The notes under the pieces: generated by a model | The model's input: the letters and a program-made list of their open reading frames with translations, nothing else | Told to the model about the DNA's origin: nothing | Database searches by the model: none | Shown here: positions 29,211 to 39,521 of the stretch, piece after piece | Layout: every line of letters begins with the position of its first letter | Position numbering within the stretch: position 1 is the first letter of the stretch | Made by a program: the position numbers and the translations under genes | Assembly: GCF_013004595.1 (NCBI RefSeq) | Contig: NZ_JABEMC010000004.1 | Span: 62,001 to 126,000 of the forward strand | DNA length: 64,000 bases | Reading direction: 5' to 3' | Source of the DNA: Brevibacterium luteolum | GTDB lineage: Bacteria > Actinomycetota > Actinomycetes > Actinomycetales > Brevibacteriaceae

Positions 29211-31499
29211 CTACCCTAGTACGAAGCCCGGACAGCCTGAGCTGACCTGTCTGTGTGCGTCGATGACGATCGAACCGCATTCGTCGGTGCGCAGCACCGG
29301 ACTGGTGCCGAAGGCTGCCAGTGCGCGCGTCGTCGGGTGGCCATACCGGTTGTCGGCTCCGACGGAGACCACGCCGAGCTTGGCTCCGGCAGCCTGGAAG
29401 TACGCCTCATCCAGGTCGGCGGAACCGTGATGGGGTGCGGCAAGCACGTCGGCTGGCTGCGTCACGGTGGCCAGCCGGCGCTGCTCTTGTGCGCCGATGT
29501 CGCCCGGGACGATGACGCTGAATGTGCTGGTCTGTACGTGCACGACAACAGAGCGGCTGTTCTCATCACCGTGCGCGGGTCCGGCGATCGCTGGCGGCCA
29601 GAGGATCGTCCAGTGCACGGAGCCGAACTGAAATCGCTGTCCAGCGCTGACCGGAGTGCGCTGGGCCTCCGGGAAAGCGTGGGTGATTCCCTTCAGGCCC
29701 GGATCGTGTTCCGTTCCGGCCGGGAAATACACGGACGCGACATCCCGGCCGAAGCCGGTGCCTGCATAGCCCGCGAAGTGATCGGCATCGAAATGGGAGA
29801 TCAGCAGGTGCACACGCTGGTCACCAGTCTGGTCAAGGCAGATGTCGATGCGATCTTCGTCCTCACCGGCATCGATGACGAGCACGTCGTCGCCGGGCAG
29901 GCTGATGAGGGTGGCACTGCCCTGACCGACGTCGCAGAACATCGCGGCCCAGCCGGAGGCGACTGGAATCCGGATACCGGGAACCAGGAGCCCGGCTGCC
30001 AGCGCAGCGGCGAGCAGGCCAGCGCCAATCCGGTGGAGGATGCGGTATTCGAGCACGATCAGACAGAGTCCTGCCAGGACGACGCAGCTGAGGCCGATCC
30101 CGAGCAGTCCAGCGGGCCACGGCAGCTCTGAGGCTGGCAGGTTGGCGAAGACCCGCGCCAGACGGGCGATCCACCAGGCGCTCCAGTTCGCTGGAGCGAC
30201 GATGATGCTGCCGAGCCAGGTGCCGCCCGGCAGCAGACTGCAGACGAGCACCATCATGCCGAGCAGCGTGGCGGGTGCGACTGCCGGTGCGGCGAGCGCA
30301 TTGGCCAGCACCGACCAGGCAGAGATGGTGCCATCAATTCCCAGCAGCACCGGGGTGACACCTGCTTGGGCGCTCAACGGCACTGAGAGCGCTGTTGCCA
30401 CGACCCGTGGCAGTCCCCAGGATTCGAGGCGGTCGCTCAGCGGCTGGCCGAGGATGATGAGGGCGGCTGTGGCGCTGACGGAGAGGTGGAATCCCACTGA
30501 GCCTGACAATCCCGGCTGGTAGACCAGCACGCCGATGATGCCGGCAGCCAGCAGCGCCAGGCTTGCCGTCCGGGTTCCGCGCAGCATTGCCAGTGCTCCG
30601 ACCATGCCCATGGCTGCAGCGCGTGTCACTGAGGGTTCAGGTCCGACGATGAAGACATAGCCTGCGGTGACGGCCACGGCGAGGATGATGCGCACCACCC
30701 GTACCCGCACCACAAAACCGGCCACCCAGAGAACTGCCAACGAGACGATCGTGATGTTGGCACCGGAGACCGCGGTGACATGGCTGAGTGAGACGGTGCG
30801 CATCTCCTCGGTCAGGTCATCGCCGACTTGTGAGACGTCGCCGACGACGAGGCCGGGCAGCAACCGAGCTCCGTCGTGCGCGGTTCCAGACGTGTCGGCG
30901 AGGAAGCTGCGCATGTGGGCACGCATCTGCCATACGGGTCCTGGCTGTTTGCGGATCTCCGGCCTTCCGCGGATGAAGGCGATGGTCTGGGAGCCGCTGG
31001 TCTCAAGCTCTGCCCGCGTAGTCGTCTGGGTGCCTGCGGCTGGCAGCGGAGTGGGACTGAGTGCCGTGGCAGGTCCGAACTGGGTGCGGATCTCTGTGCG
31101 ATAGCTGCCGGAGTCGGTTGCGTGGGATTCTGCCGCAATGAGCGCTGGGCCGCTGTACAGGGTCGTCTCCGTCGGCTGCGCGAGGCGTGCGGCCCCGATG
31201 AGAGCGCAGACCGCCCCGGCGAGCAGTGCGGTGCTCAGCAGCCAACCGGTCAGCTGGGACTGTCCTCTGCCGGTGATGCGCTGACCCATGAGAGCTGCGG
31301 CGCTGACGCAGGCGAGACCTAAGCCGATTGTCGCGGTGAGGTCGGCAGGCAGCACACCGGATGCTGCCAGCCACCCGACGGCTGCTGCACTGAGCAGGCG
31401 GTGCAGGCCGGCACCATGCAGCACCCATGCTCGGATGTGAGCTCCCGTCCTCGAGAGCAGAGGGCGGTTTCGGCTGCGGCGCTGATGCCCGGTGCTCAT
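29211..31499 (-). CDS. comEC: ComEC/Rec2 competence protein
   Basis: LLPGLVVGD, SLSHVTAVSGAN, PSVTRAA, MBL domain CDVGQG, SHFDADH, PHHGS, NRYGHP. Confidence 0.92.
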   Translation of the reverse strand: MSTGHQRRSRNRPLLSRTGAHIRAWVLHGAGLHRLLSAAAVGWLAASGVLPADLTATIGLGLACVSAAALMGQRITGRGQSQLTGWLLSTALLAGAVCALIGAARLAQPTETTLYSGPALIAAESHATDSGSYRTEIRTQFGPATALSPTPLPAAGTQTTTRAELETSGSQTIAFIRGRPEIRKQPGPVWQMRAHMRSFLADTSGTAHDGARLLPGLVVGDVSQVGDDLTEEMRTVSLSHVTAVSGANITIVSLAVLWVAGFVVRVRVVRIILAVAVTAGYVFIVGPEPSVTRAAAMGMVGALAMLRGTRTASLALLAAGIIGVLVYQPGLSGSVGFHLSVSATAALIILGQPLSDRLESWGLPRVVATALSVPLSAQAGVTPVLLGIDGTISAWSVLANALAAPAVAPATLLGMMVLVCSLLPGGTWLGSIIVAPANWSAWWIARLARVFANLPASELPWPAGLLGIGLSCVVLAGLCLIVLEYRILHRIGAGLLAAALAAGLLVPGIRIPVASGWAAMFCDVGQGSATLISLPGDDVLVIDAGEDEDRIDICLDQTGDQRVHLLISHFDADHFAGYAGTGFGRDVASVYFPAGTEHDPGLKGITHAFPEAQRTPVSAGQRFQFGSVHWTILWPPAIAGPAHGDENSRSVVVHVQTSTFSVIVPGDIGAQEQRRLATVTQPADVLAAPHHGSADLDEAYFQAAGAKLGVVSVGADNRYGHPTTRALAAFGTSPVLRTDECGSIVIDAHRQVSSGCPGFVLG

Positions 31500-32389
31500 C
31501 CGACTGTGATGTGCTCGCGCAGCCGCGCCAGTGTGGCATCGCCGATGCCGTGAACGAGCACGAGGTCCTCGACTGACCCGAAGGGCCCGTTCTCCTCGCG
31601 ATGGGTGATGATGGCCTGGGCGGTGGCTGGGCCGACTCCGGGCAGCGTCTCCAGCTCTGCTGCCTCAGCGTGGTTGATGTTCACTTTTGTGTTCGCCTGC
31701 GAACCGGCTTGCCCTGTCCCCGGCCCCGTGCTGGTTGCCTGGCCTGCTCCTTGGTCCCCAGCTTCGTGGCCCTGCCCGGTTGGCAGGCTGCTGCGGTCAG
31801 GCACGATGATCTGCTCGCCGTCCTCGACAAGGCGGGCGAGATTCACACCTTCGGGCTGAGCGTCTGAGCTCAGACCGCCCGCAGCCTCGATCGCGTCGAC
31901 GACCCGGGCTCCTCCCTGGAGCCTCACGACCCCAGGTTCGGCGACGGCGCCGACGACATGGGCGGTGACCTCCTCGGCATCGGCACTCACCTGCACCGGT
32001 GCATCAGCAGAGCTGCCCTGCCCAGCACCGGCAGGGCTCTGCGGTTGCGCTGTCTGTGGGTCAGCGGCTGCGCTGGCTTCAGGTGGGTCAGGATTGCGCA
32101 GCAGGACGAACCCTGCGATTCCCAACACGGTGATGACAACAATGGCAAGAACAATCCAGCGGCGTGGAATCGGCCGGTTGCCGGGCAGCAGCGCCAGGAT
32201 CTCAGCATCGTTGGCTGCGTCCTCGTCGAACTCCTCCTCAGCCTGGGTGGCGGTGTCTGGTGGAGGGCTCAGGGGCCAACGGTGGTGGTGCGGGCGGTCC
32301 CGGGCAGCGTGGCTGGCGCTGGGTGCCCAGCCGTGCTGTTTGGACCGGGTGAGCATGTCGGCCAGCCGGTCGTCCGGTGATGGAGCCAT
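31496..32389 (-). CDS. comEA: ComEA family DNA-binding protein
   Basis: TM segment, SLBB-like HVVGAVAEPGVV...RVVDAIEAAGG, HhH VNINHA...LETLPGVGP...VHGIG. ATG at 32389 lies 6 nt after TACCGT. Confidence 0.92.
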   Translation of the reverse strand: MAPSPDDRLADMLTRSKQHGWAPSASHAARDRPHHHRWPLSPPPDTATQAEEEFDEDAANDAEILALLPGNRPIPRRWIVLAIVVITVLGIAGFVLLRNPDPPEASAAADPQTAQPQSPAGAGQGSSADAPVQVSADAEEVTAHVVGAVAEPGVVRLQGGARVVDAIEAAGGLSSDAQPEGVNLARLVEDGEQIIVPDRSSLPTGQGHEAGDQGAGQATSTGPGTGQAGSQANTKVNINHAEAAELETLPGVGPATAQAIITHREENGPFGSVEDLVLVHGIGDATLARLREHITVG

Positions 32390-32491
32390 ACGCGCACGGT
32401 AAGCGGGAGCCTGCTTTTGCAAGCCGGATGTGTAGCAGGGTGTGGACGCCGCGTGGCATCCACACCACCGGGTGCGCTGGCGAGTGCTGTT

Positions 32492-33394
32492 CTAGGGAGT
32501 GGTCTGGACGACCAGTCCGGTGCTGCCCGGTCCGACGTGGGCGGTCACGACCGTGGAGAGCACTGCCTGGCGGAACTGCGTGCCGTCCGGCAGGTCGGCG
32601 TCCCGCACGGCAGCCGCGAGACGGTGGGCAGTGTTTGAGGCTTCGTCGAAGGTAGCCTCGGCGTGGAGCAGGACCACTTCCTGTCCGCGCTCGGGGTAGA
32701 GTTCGCTGAATTCGTAGGCTGATTCGGTCACGAGGTTGATGACGCGATCAACGGCCCGTACCCGGGTGCGTACGCGGGCCAGCGGTGTCACCGTTCCGTC
32801 ACGCAGGCCCAGCACCGGTGTGATCGACAGGGCTCGGCCGACCAGTGATGATGCGGCTCCGATCCGGCCGCCGCGGCGCAGGTATTCCAATGAGTCGGGC
32901 ATGAAGAAGGTGCGCGTCTCAGCGAGGCACCAGTCGGTGACTTCGCCTGCCAGGCTCTCAACAGGAACCTCACGCTGGGCACCAGCGACAGCGAGGGCCA
33001 CCGCACCGGCCATACCGGCCGACGTCAGCTGGGTGTCGACGACGTGCACCGGCACAGGCGCCTCACCTGCGGCCTGCTGTGCGGAGGCGTGCGTGCCCGA
33101 CAGTTGGGCTGACATCGTCAGCACGAGCACTGCCTCGGCACCGGCTTCGGCCATCTCGGAGATCGCGGTGCTGAATTGCTCGGGGCTGGCCAGCGACGTC
33201 GTGACTGCCAGTCCTGATGCCATCCCGGCGCACACCTCGGTGGCAGTCCACTCGTTATCCGCCCGCGAGTCATCCCCAACGGTGACGCTGAGGTCGACGA
33301 TCGCGAACAGGCCGCCGAGGCGTTCGGAGTACGCCTCAGCGGTGTCCGCGTCGATGTTCGCGGTGGAGTCGCAGATGACCGCCAGAGCTGTCAC
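32492..33394 (-). CDS. DegV family fatty-acid-binding protein
   Basis: ICDSTA, TTSLAS, MSAQLSGT, VVDT, LEYLRRGGRIG, VTAHVGPG. Confidence 0.92.
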   Translation of the reverse strand: MTALAVICDSTANIDADTAEAYSERLGGLFAIVDLSVTVGDDSRADNEWTATEVCAGMASGLAVTTSLASPEQFSTAISEMAEAGAEAVLVLTMSAQLSGTHASAQQAAGEAPVPVHVVDTQLTSAGMAGAVALAVAGAQREVPVESLAGEVTDWCLAETRTFFMPDSLEYLRRGGRIGAASSLVGRALSITPVLGLRDGTVTPLARVRTRVRAVDRVINLVTESAYEFSELYPERGQEVVLLHAEATFDEASNTAHRLAAAVRDADLPDGTQFRQAVLSTVVTAHVGPGSTGLVVQTTP

Positions 33395-34701
33395 GGCCGG
33401 CCCAGTGCCCGATACGTCCAGCCGGCTGCGCGCCAGGCAACGGGGTCGAGGACGTTGCGGCCGTCGACGATCGCCTGCTGCTTGACGAGCTTGGCGCTCT
33501 CAACCGGGTCGAGGCTGCGGTATTCCTGCCACTCGGTCAGCAGCAGCACCGCATCGGCGCCGGTGAGCGCGGTCTCCAAGTCGGTTTCGTATTCGAGGTC
33601 AGGGAACATCGCCCGGGCATTGTCGACCGCCTGCGGGTCGGCGACCGTCACGACGGCGCCCTGCAGAGCGATGAGGCCTGCGACAGCCAGTGCCGGGGAG
33701 TCGCGGACGTCGTCGGAGTTCGGCTTGAAAGCTGCGCCGAGGATCGTGATGCGCTTGCCGATGAAGGAGCCGTCGACGACCTCGCGGGCAAGGTCGACCA
33801 TGCGCACGCGGCGGCGCATATTGATCGAGTCGATCTCGCGCAGGAACGCAACGGCCTGGTCGGCGCCGAGTTCACCGGCGCGGGCCATGAAGGCACGGAT
33901 GTCCTTGGGCAGGCAGCCACCGCCGAAGCCGAGGCCGGCGTTGAGGAACTTGCGTCCGATCCGGTCGTCCATGCCGATCGCATCGGCGAGCTGGGTGACA
34001 TCAGCTCCGGCAGCCTCGCAGAGCTCGGCCATGGCGTTGATGAAGGAGATCTTCGTGGCCAGGAAGGAGTTCGCGGCGGTCTTGACGAGCTCGGCGGTCG
34101 CGTAGTCCATCACCAGACGCGGGGTGCCGGAGTCGACGATCGAGGCGTAGACGTCGTCGAGGATCTCGGTGGCACGTTCACCGGCCTCTCCGTCGGGTAC
34201 GCCGTAGATCAGCCGGTCGGGTGCCACGGTGTCCTCGACCGCGTGGCCTTCGCGCAGGAACTCCGGATTCCATGCCAGGGCGGCACCGGTGGCCGTGACC
34301 TGTTCGGCCAGCCGGGCGGCAGTGCCGACCGGGACGGTGGACTTGCCGACGACGAGGTCGGTGTCGCTCAGGTGCGGCAGCAGGGCTTCGACGGCGGCGT
34401 CGACATAGGTCATGTCGGCTGCGAATTCGCTCTTGCGCTGCGGGGTGCCGACGCAGATGAAGTGCACATCAGCGCTGGCCGCCTCGGCGATGTCGGTGGT
34501 GAAGGCGAGATTGTCACTGGTCTGCGCCCGGTCGAGCAGGTCTTCCAGACCTGGTTCGAAGAAGGGTGCTTCGGCCCGGCGTAGGGAGTCGATCTTGCGT
34601 TCGTCGACGTCGATGCCGACGACGTCGTGGCCCAGCGATGCCATGGCCGCGGCGTGAACGGCTCCCAGATATCCACAGCCGATCACCGAGATCTTCGCCA
34701 T
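33391..34701 (-). CDS. ugd: UDP-glucose/GDP-mannose dehydrogenase family protein
   Basis: GCGYLG, CVGTP, KSTVPVGT, NPEFLREG, GFGGGCLPKD, FKPNSDDVRDSP. Confidence 0.93.
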   Translation of the reverse strand: MAKISVIGCGYLGAVHAAAMASLGHDVVGIDVDERKIDSLRRAEAPFFEPGLEDLLDRAQTSDNLAFTTDIAEAASADVHFICVGTPQRKSEFAADMTYVDAAVEALLPHLSDTDLVVGKSTVPVGTAARLAEQVTATGAALAWNPEFLREGHAVEDTVAPDRLIYGVPDGEAGERATEILDDVYASIVDSGTPRLVMDYATAELVKTAANSFLATKISFINAMAELCEAAGADVTQLADAIGMDDRIGRKFLNAGLGFGGGCLPKDIRAFMARAGELGADQAVAFLREIDSINMRRRVRMVDLAREVVDGSFIGKRITILGAAFKPNSDDVRDSPALAVAGLIALQGAVVTVADPQAVDNARAMFPDLEYETDLETALTGADAVLLLTEWQEYRSLDPVESAKLVKQQAIVDGRNVLDPVAWRAAGWTYRALGRP

Positions 34702-34846
34702 CGTGTTGTGTTCCTCACTGCTTGTCGCATCACCGGTCAGTGAGCTGGCAGGGTGGCCGCCGTGAGTATGCTGAACTGACCGATCTTCTTCCGTTCACAG
34801 CATAGATGTTCGCAGTCTGGAAGCAGGAATTCGGTACCCTGGAGCG

Positions 34847-35530
34847 GTGAAGCGTTTCGGTGATTTCCTCCTCAACACGCCCGCCGCCGCTGCGGCCGCC
34901 GGCGTGCTCGTCATCAGCCTGGTGCTGTTCCTCATTCCGCCCCTGCACCGCGCGGCCTGGGTGATCGGAATCGTGACCGTTCTCCTGGTGGCCGTGTGCC
35001 TGCTGTTCATCGGCGTGAAATGGTGGCAGGACCAGCAGCGCATCGACCGGCTCAACGCCGAGATCGCCGACGCTTCGAAGACCTATGCTTCGGTCGGGCT
35101 GAGCCCCATCGAAGAGGACGAAGACGAAGCGGCTGACACAACGCGGGCCAAGCGCGTCCTGGAGCTGTTTCCCAAGGATGCCGGGCTCGTGCAGTACATG
35201 CGGCTGGCCAACGGGTTCAGCACACTCGACCCGCAGCTGATGGAGCCGCTCCGCACGTTCCTCGACGAGTTCAAGAAGACCAGCTTCGAACAGCAGAGCA
35301 TGCACGCAGCGTTCATGGACGTCTACCGGGCCGGCAAGAGCTTCGACTCGTGGGTGTCTGAGGAGACCTACATTCCCGACAGCGCACTCGAGATCAAGCC
35401 CGGCGATATCCGCGAAGGCGGCTGGCACGAGTTCAGCGCCGCCCGGGACGCCGGCGAGCAGAACATGGATGCGTTCCTCGACAGCCTGCGCGATTTCGAG
35501 CGCACGGCGCTGGAGACCCGCACCGTGTGA
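34847..35530 (+). CDS. Hypothetical membrane protein (2 N-terminal TM helices + soluble domain)
   Basis: Good GC3 bias, two hydrophobic segments, fills the gap between ugd and nadE; GTG lies 6 nt after TACCCT. Confidence 0.75.
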   Translation: MKRFGDFLLNTPAAAAAAGVLVISLVLFLIPPLHRAAWVIGIVTVLLVAVCLLFIGVKWWQDQQRIDRLNAEIADASKTYASVGLSPIEEDEDEAADTTRAKRVLELFPKDAGLVQYMRLANGFSTLDPQLMEPLRTFLDEFKKTSFEQQSMHAAFMDVYRAGKSFDSWVSEETYIPDSALEIKPGDIREGGWHEFSAARDAGEQNMDAFLDSLRDFERTALETRTV

Positions 35531-35531
35531 G

Positions 35532-36359
35532 TCAGTGGCGGATCCACCAGCCGTCTGCCGGGGCGACCGGCATCCGGCGCTTGTGCTCGCTGGCCAGGTA
35601 CAGATCCTCGATCCGCTCGGCTGCCGCCGCTGAGACCTCCCCGCCTTCGAGGTAGGCATCGATGTCGGCGTAGCCGACGCCGAGCGCGTCTTCGTCGGTG
35701 CTGCCCGGGGTCTCATCGAGAAGGTCGGCCGTCGGCACCTTCTGCCACAGCCGCTCAGGGGCGTCGAGGTGCTGCAGCAGCGCTGCCCCCTGCCCCTTCG
35801 TCAGCCCGGTCAGCGGGGTGACGTCAGCGGCCCCGTCGCCGAACTTCGTGTAGAAGCCGGTGACCGCCTCGGCGGCGTGATCGGTGCCGAGGACGAGGCT
35901 GGAGCGCTGCGCGGCGATCGCGTACTGCACGAGCATCCGCTGGCGAGCCTTGACATTGCCCTTGTTGAAGTCCGTCATCGTCTCACCGGTGGCCGCGTTG
36001 AACGCCTCGACCGTGGCGTCGACGGCGCCGGCGATGTCGACGGTGAGCGCGACGTCCGGACGGATGAACTCCATGGCGGCCTGTGCGTCATCTTCGTCAT
36101 GCTGCACCCGGTAGGGCAGGCGGACGGCGCAGAACGTCGCGTCCACTCCCCTGCCGCGCAGCTGTTCGGCAGCCAGCTGGGCGAGCCTGCCGGCCAGCGT
36201 CGAGTCCTGGCCGCCGGAGATACCGAGGACGAATCCCTTCGTCGCTGTCGACAGGCAGTAGTCGACGAGGAACTGCACGCGGGTCCCGATCTCGGTCGCT
36301 GGGTCGATGACCGGGCTGACCTGGAGAGTCGACCGGATCCGTTCGGACAGTGCACTCAT
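35532..36359 (-). CDS. nadE: Ammonia-dependent NAD+ synthetase
   Basis: [48 protein letters not shown]; no glutaminase domain. Confidence 0.95.
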   Translation of the reverse strand: MSALSERIRSTLQVSPVIDPATEIGTRVQFLVDYCLSTATKGFVLGISGGQDSTLAGRLAQLAAEQLRGRGVDATFCAVRLPYRVQHDEDDAQAAMEFIRPDVALTVDIAGAVDATVEAFNAATGETMTDFNKGNVKARQRMLVQYAIAAQRSSLVLGTDHAAEAVTGFYTKFGDGAADVTPLTGLTKGQGAALLQHLDAPERLWQKVPTADLLDETPGSTDEDALGVGYADIDAYLEGGEVSAAAAERIEDLYLASEHKRRMPVAPADGWWIRH

Positions 36360-36408
36360 GGATTCCCTTTCCAGCCGGTGCCGGGCACCAGCTCGATCAG
36401 TGTCTCGC

Positions 36409-39285
36409 TCAGTTGTCCGGGACGATGTTGACGAGCTTCGGCGCACGCACGATGACCTTGAGCACACCTGCGCCGGCCAGGGTGCGCTTGGCGCCGTTGG
36501 ACTCCAGAGCCAGCTTCTCCAGCTCTTCAGCCGAAATATCGGGTGAGACCTCGAGCCGGTCGCGGACCTTGCCCTTGATCTGCACGACGCAGGTGACCGT
36601 GTCCTGGCCGAGGAACTGCTCATCGGCGACCGGGAACGGCTCGTAGGTGATGGTCTCGCTGTGGCCCAGCCGCTCCCAGATCTCCTCGGCGATGTGCGGG
36701 GCCAGCGGTGAGAGCATGATCGTCAGCGGTTCGATCACCGCGCGCGGGCTCACGCCCTGCTTCGTCAGGTGGTTCGTCAGCACGATGAGCTTGGCGACAG
36801 CGGTGTTGAACCGCATGTGCTCCATGTCGTCGCGCACACCGGCGATCGTCGTGTGCAGCACCCGCAGCGTCTCGCGGTCCGGTGCGTCATCGACGACAGC
36901 GAGCTCGCCGGTGTTCTCGTCGACGATGAGGCGCCACACACGCTGCAGGAACCGCTGTGAGCCCACGACCGCGCGGGTCTCCCAGGCGCGGGAGAGCTCA
37001 AGAGGGCCCATCGACATCTCGTACAGCCGGAAGGTATCGGCACCGTAGGCGTCGTAGATCTCATCGGGGGTCACGACATTCTTCAGCGATTTGCCGATCT
37101 TGCCGTACTCGCGGTTCACCTGCTGCCCGTTGTGCCAGAAGGTCGCCTCGCCGGAATCATCAACGCGCTCTTCGACTTCGTCTGCCTGGACATAGGCGCC
37201 GCGGGAATCGGTGTAGGCGTAGGCCTGGATGTAACCCTGGTTGATGAGCTTGTGGAAGGGCTCATAGGAGCTCAGGTGGCCGAGGTCGTGGAGCACTTTG
37301 TGCCAGAACCGCGAGTACAGCAGATGCAGGACAGCGTGCTCGACTCCGCCCACGTACAGATCCGCGCCACCGGATTCGGCGTTCGCACGCGGGCCCAGCC
37401 AGTACTCCTCATTCGCCGGGTCGACAAGCTGCTCATCGTTCGTCGGATCGGCGTATCGCAGCTGGTACCACGAGGAGCCGGCCCAATTCGGCATCGTCGA
37501 GGTCTCCCGGCGGTAGGTCTTCGGACCGTCTCCGAGGTCAAGGGTGACGTTGACCCAGTCGGTGTTGCGACCCAGCGGCGGCTCGGGCTTCGAGTCGACG
37601 TCGTCGCTGTCGAAGGTGCGCGGCGAGAAGTCCGGAACCTCAGGCAGTGTCACCGGCAGCTGCTCGGCCGGCAGCGGGATCGGCGTGCCGTCTTCGTCAT
37701 AGACGACCGGGAACGGCTCACCCCAGTAGCGCTGACGGCTGAACAGCCAGTCGCGCAGCCGGTACTGCGTCGTCGCCTCGGCCAGGCCGCGGCCGGCGAG
37801 CCACGAGATGACAGCGTCCTTGGCCTCACCGACGCCGGCACCGTTGATGTCGATCTCGTCGTTGGCAGAGTTGATCTTGACGCCCTCACCGGCGAACGGC
37901 TTGTCCTCGTCGTGGTCCTCGCCCGGCTGGACGGTGCGGATGTAGGGCAGATCGAAGGTCTTGGCGAAGTCCCAGTCGCGGACGTCCTCTGCCGGCACAC
38001 CCATGATCGCCCCGGTCCCGTAGCCCATGAGGACGTAATCGGCGACGAAGACGGGGATGTCCTCACCGGTGGCCGGGTTCGGTACCCAGGTGCCGGTGAA
38101 CACACCGGTCTTGTCCTTGTTCTCCTGGCGCTGCACCGAGGTCATGGCCGCAGCCTGGCGCTGGTAGGCGGCGATCGCCTCGGCCGGGGTGCTGCCCTCA
38201 CCGCGCCACGCTGCCGGGACGGAGTCGTCCCAGGATTCGGTTGTCACGGCGTCGACGAGCGGGTGCTCGGGGCTGAGCACGAGGTAGGTGGCGCCGAAGA
38301 TCGTGTCAGGGCGGGTGGTGTAGACGTCGATGCTGACGTCCTCACGGACCGGGAAGGTGATCTGCGCACCGGTCGAGCGGCCGATCCAATTGCGCTGCAT
38401 GGCCTTGACCGCCTCGGGCCAGTCGACGGTGTCGAGATCGTCGATGAGGCGATCAGCGTAGGCGGTGATGCGCATGTTCCACTGGCGCAGGCGGCGGGTG
38501 AAGACCGGGAAGTTGCCGCGTTCGGAGCGGCCTTCTGCGGTGACCTCCTCATTGGCCAGCACGGTGCCCAGGCCCGGGCACCAGTTGACCGGGGAATCCG
38601 ACAGGTAGGCCAAGCGGTAGTTCTGCAGCACGTCCTCACGTTCAGCAGCTGACAGCTCCGCCCACGCGGTGCCGGTGCCGGTGTCGCGGCCGGCTTCGAA
38701 CTGGGAGACGAGCTCGCCGATCGGGCGGGCGGCACCACGGCCGTCGGCAGCCTCGGGGTCGTACCAGGAGTTGAAGATCTGCAGGAAGACCCACTGCGTC
38801 CACTTGACGAACTCAGCATCCGTGGTCGCGAACGTTCGCCGTGCGTCGTGCCCGAGGCCGAGCCGGCGCAGCTGCCGGCGCATAGTGGCGATGTTCTCCT
38901 CGGTTGTCTTCTGCGGATGCGCCCCGGTCTGCACAGCGAACTGTTCGGCCGGCAGGCCGAAGGCGTCATAGCCGAGGGCGTGCATGACGTTCTTGCCGTT
39001 CATCCGCTGGAAGCGGGCGTAGACGTCAGTGGCGACATAACCCAGCGGGTGTCCGACGTGCAGCCCCTTGCCCGAGGGGTAGGGGAACATGTCCATGATG
39101 TAGGCGGTCTCACGGCCTTCGGCGGTGGCGCCGCGGCGCGTGCTGGCTAGCTCGCCGACCGGGTTCGGCGCGGCGAAGGTCTCCTCGGCCTCCCAGCGGT
39201 CCTGCCACTTCGCCTCGAGCTGACCGGCGAGCTCCGCGTCGTAGCGGTAGTCGACGGTGTTCGAGCGCGAATCGGAGGTGCTCAT
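36409..39285 (-). CDS. leuS: Leucine--tRNA ligase
   Basis: [14 protein letters not shown] (HIGH), [37 protein letters not shown] (KMSKS-like). Confidence 0.98.
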   Translation of the reverse strand: MSTSDSRSNTVDYRYDAELAGQLEAKWQDRWEAEETFAAPNPVGELASTRRGATAEGRETAYIMDMFPYPSGKGLHVGHPLGYVATDVYARFQRMNGKNVMHALGYDAFGLPAEQFAVQTGAHPQKTTEENIATMRRQLRRLGLGHDARRTFATTDAEFVKWTQWVFLQIFNSWYDPEAADGRGAARPIGELVSQFEAGRDTGTGTAWAELSAAEREDVLQNYRLAYLSDSPVNWCPGLGTVLANEEVTAEGRSERGNFPVFTRRLRQWNMRITAYADRLIDDLDTVDWPEAVKAMQRNWIGRSTGAQITFPVREDVSIDVYTTRPDTIFGATYLVLSPEHPLVDAVTTESWDDSVPAAWRGEGSTPAEAIAAYQRQAAAMTSVQRQENKDKTGVFTGTWVPNPATGEDIPVFVADYVLMGYGTGAIMGVPAEDVRDWDFAKTFDLPYIRTVQPGEDHDEDKPFAGEGVKINSANDEIDINGAGVGEAKDAVISWLAGRGLAEATTQYRLRDWLFSRQRYWGEPFPVVYDEDGTPIPLPAEQLPVTLPEVPDFSPRTFDSDDVDSKPEPPLGRNTDWVNVTLDLGDGPKTYRRETSTMPNWAGSSWYQLRYADPTNDEQLVDPANEEYWLGPRANAESGGADLYVGGVEHAVLHLLYSRFWHKVLHDLGHLSSYEPFHKLINQGYIQAYAYTDSRGAYVQADEVEERVDDSGEATFWHNGQQVNREYGKIGKSLKNVVTPDEIYDAYGADTFRLYEMSMGPLELSRAWETRAVVGSQRFLQRVWRLIVDENTGELAVVDDAPDRETLRVLHTTIAGVRDDMEHMRFNTAVAKLIVLTNHLTKQGVSPRAVIEPLTIMLSPLAPHIAEEIWERLGHSETITYEPFPVADEQFLGQDTVTCVVQIKGKVRDRLEVSPDISAEELEKLALESNGAKRTLAGAGVLKVIVRAPKLVNIVPDN

Positions 39286-39521
39286 GGATGTGCCTTTCGG
39301 AGTTCGGGTGCAGGTCGGCGCCAGCGGCGCGATGCAAGCATTCTACGTGCGTGCCGCACCCGGTGCCACACGATCCCAGCACCGCTCTTCGGCCGCTCCG
39401 GACCCGCCATCTCAGAGGAGTGCTCCAGGACACATGCGTGATAGTTTTGAGGCTGAGATCGGCGCTGAATGCACACGCCGATACTGCCCCTGCAGCGAAG
39501 CGCCCTAAGGAGATGTGCCCA

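Noticed and set aside
36360..36623. N-terminal extension of NadE suggesting a fused domain
   Set aside because: Overlaps the leuS 3' end and is not glutaminase-like; ATG 36359 has an SD.
39286..39521. T-box or other leader upstream of leuS (also checked upstream of thrS)
   Set aside because: No GGTGG-ACCGCG T-box motif, and predicted -10 hexamers lie close to the start codons.
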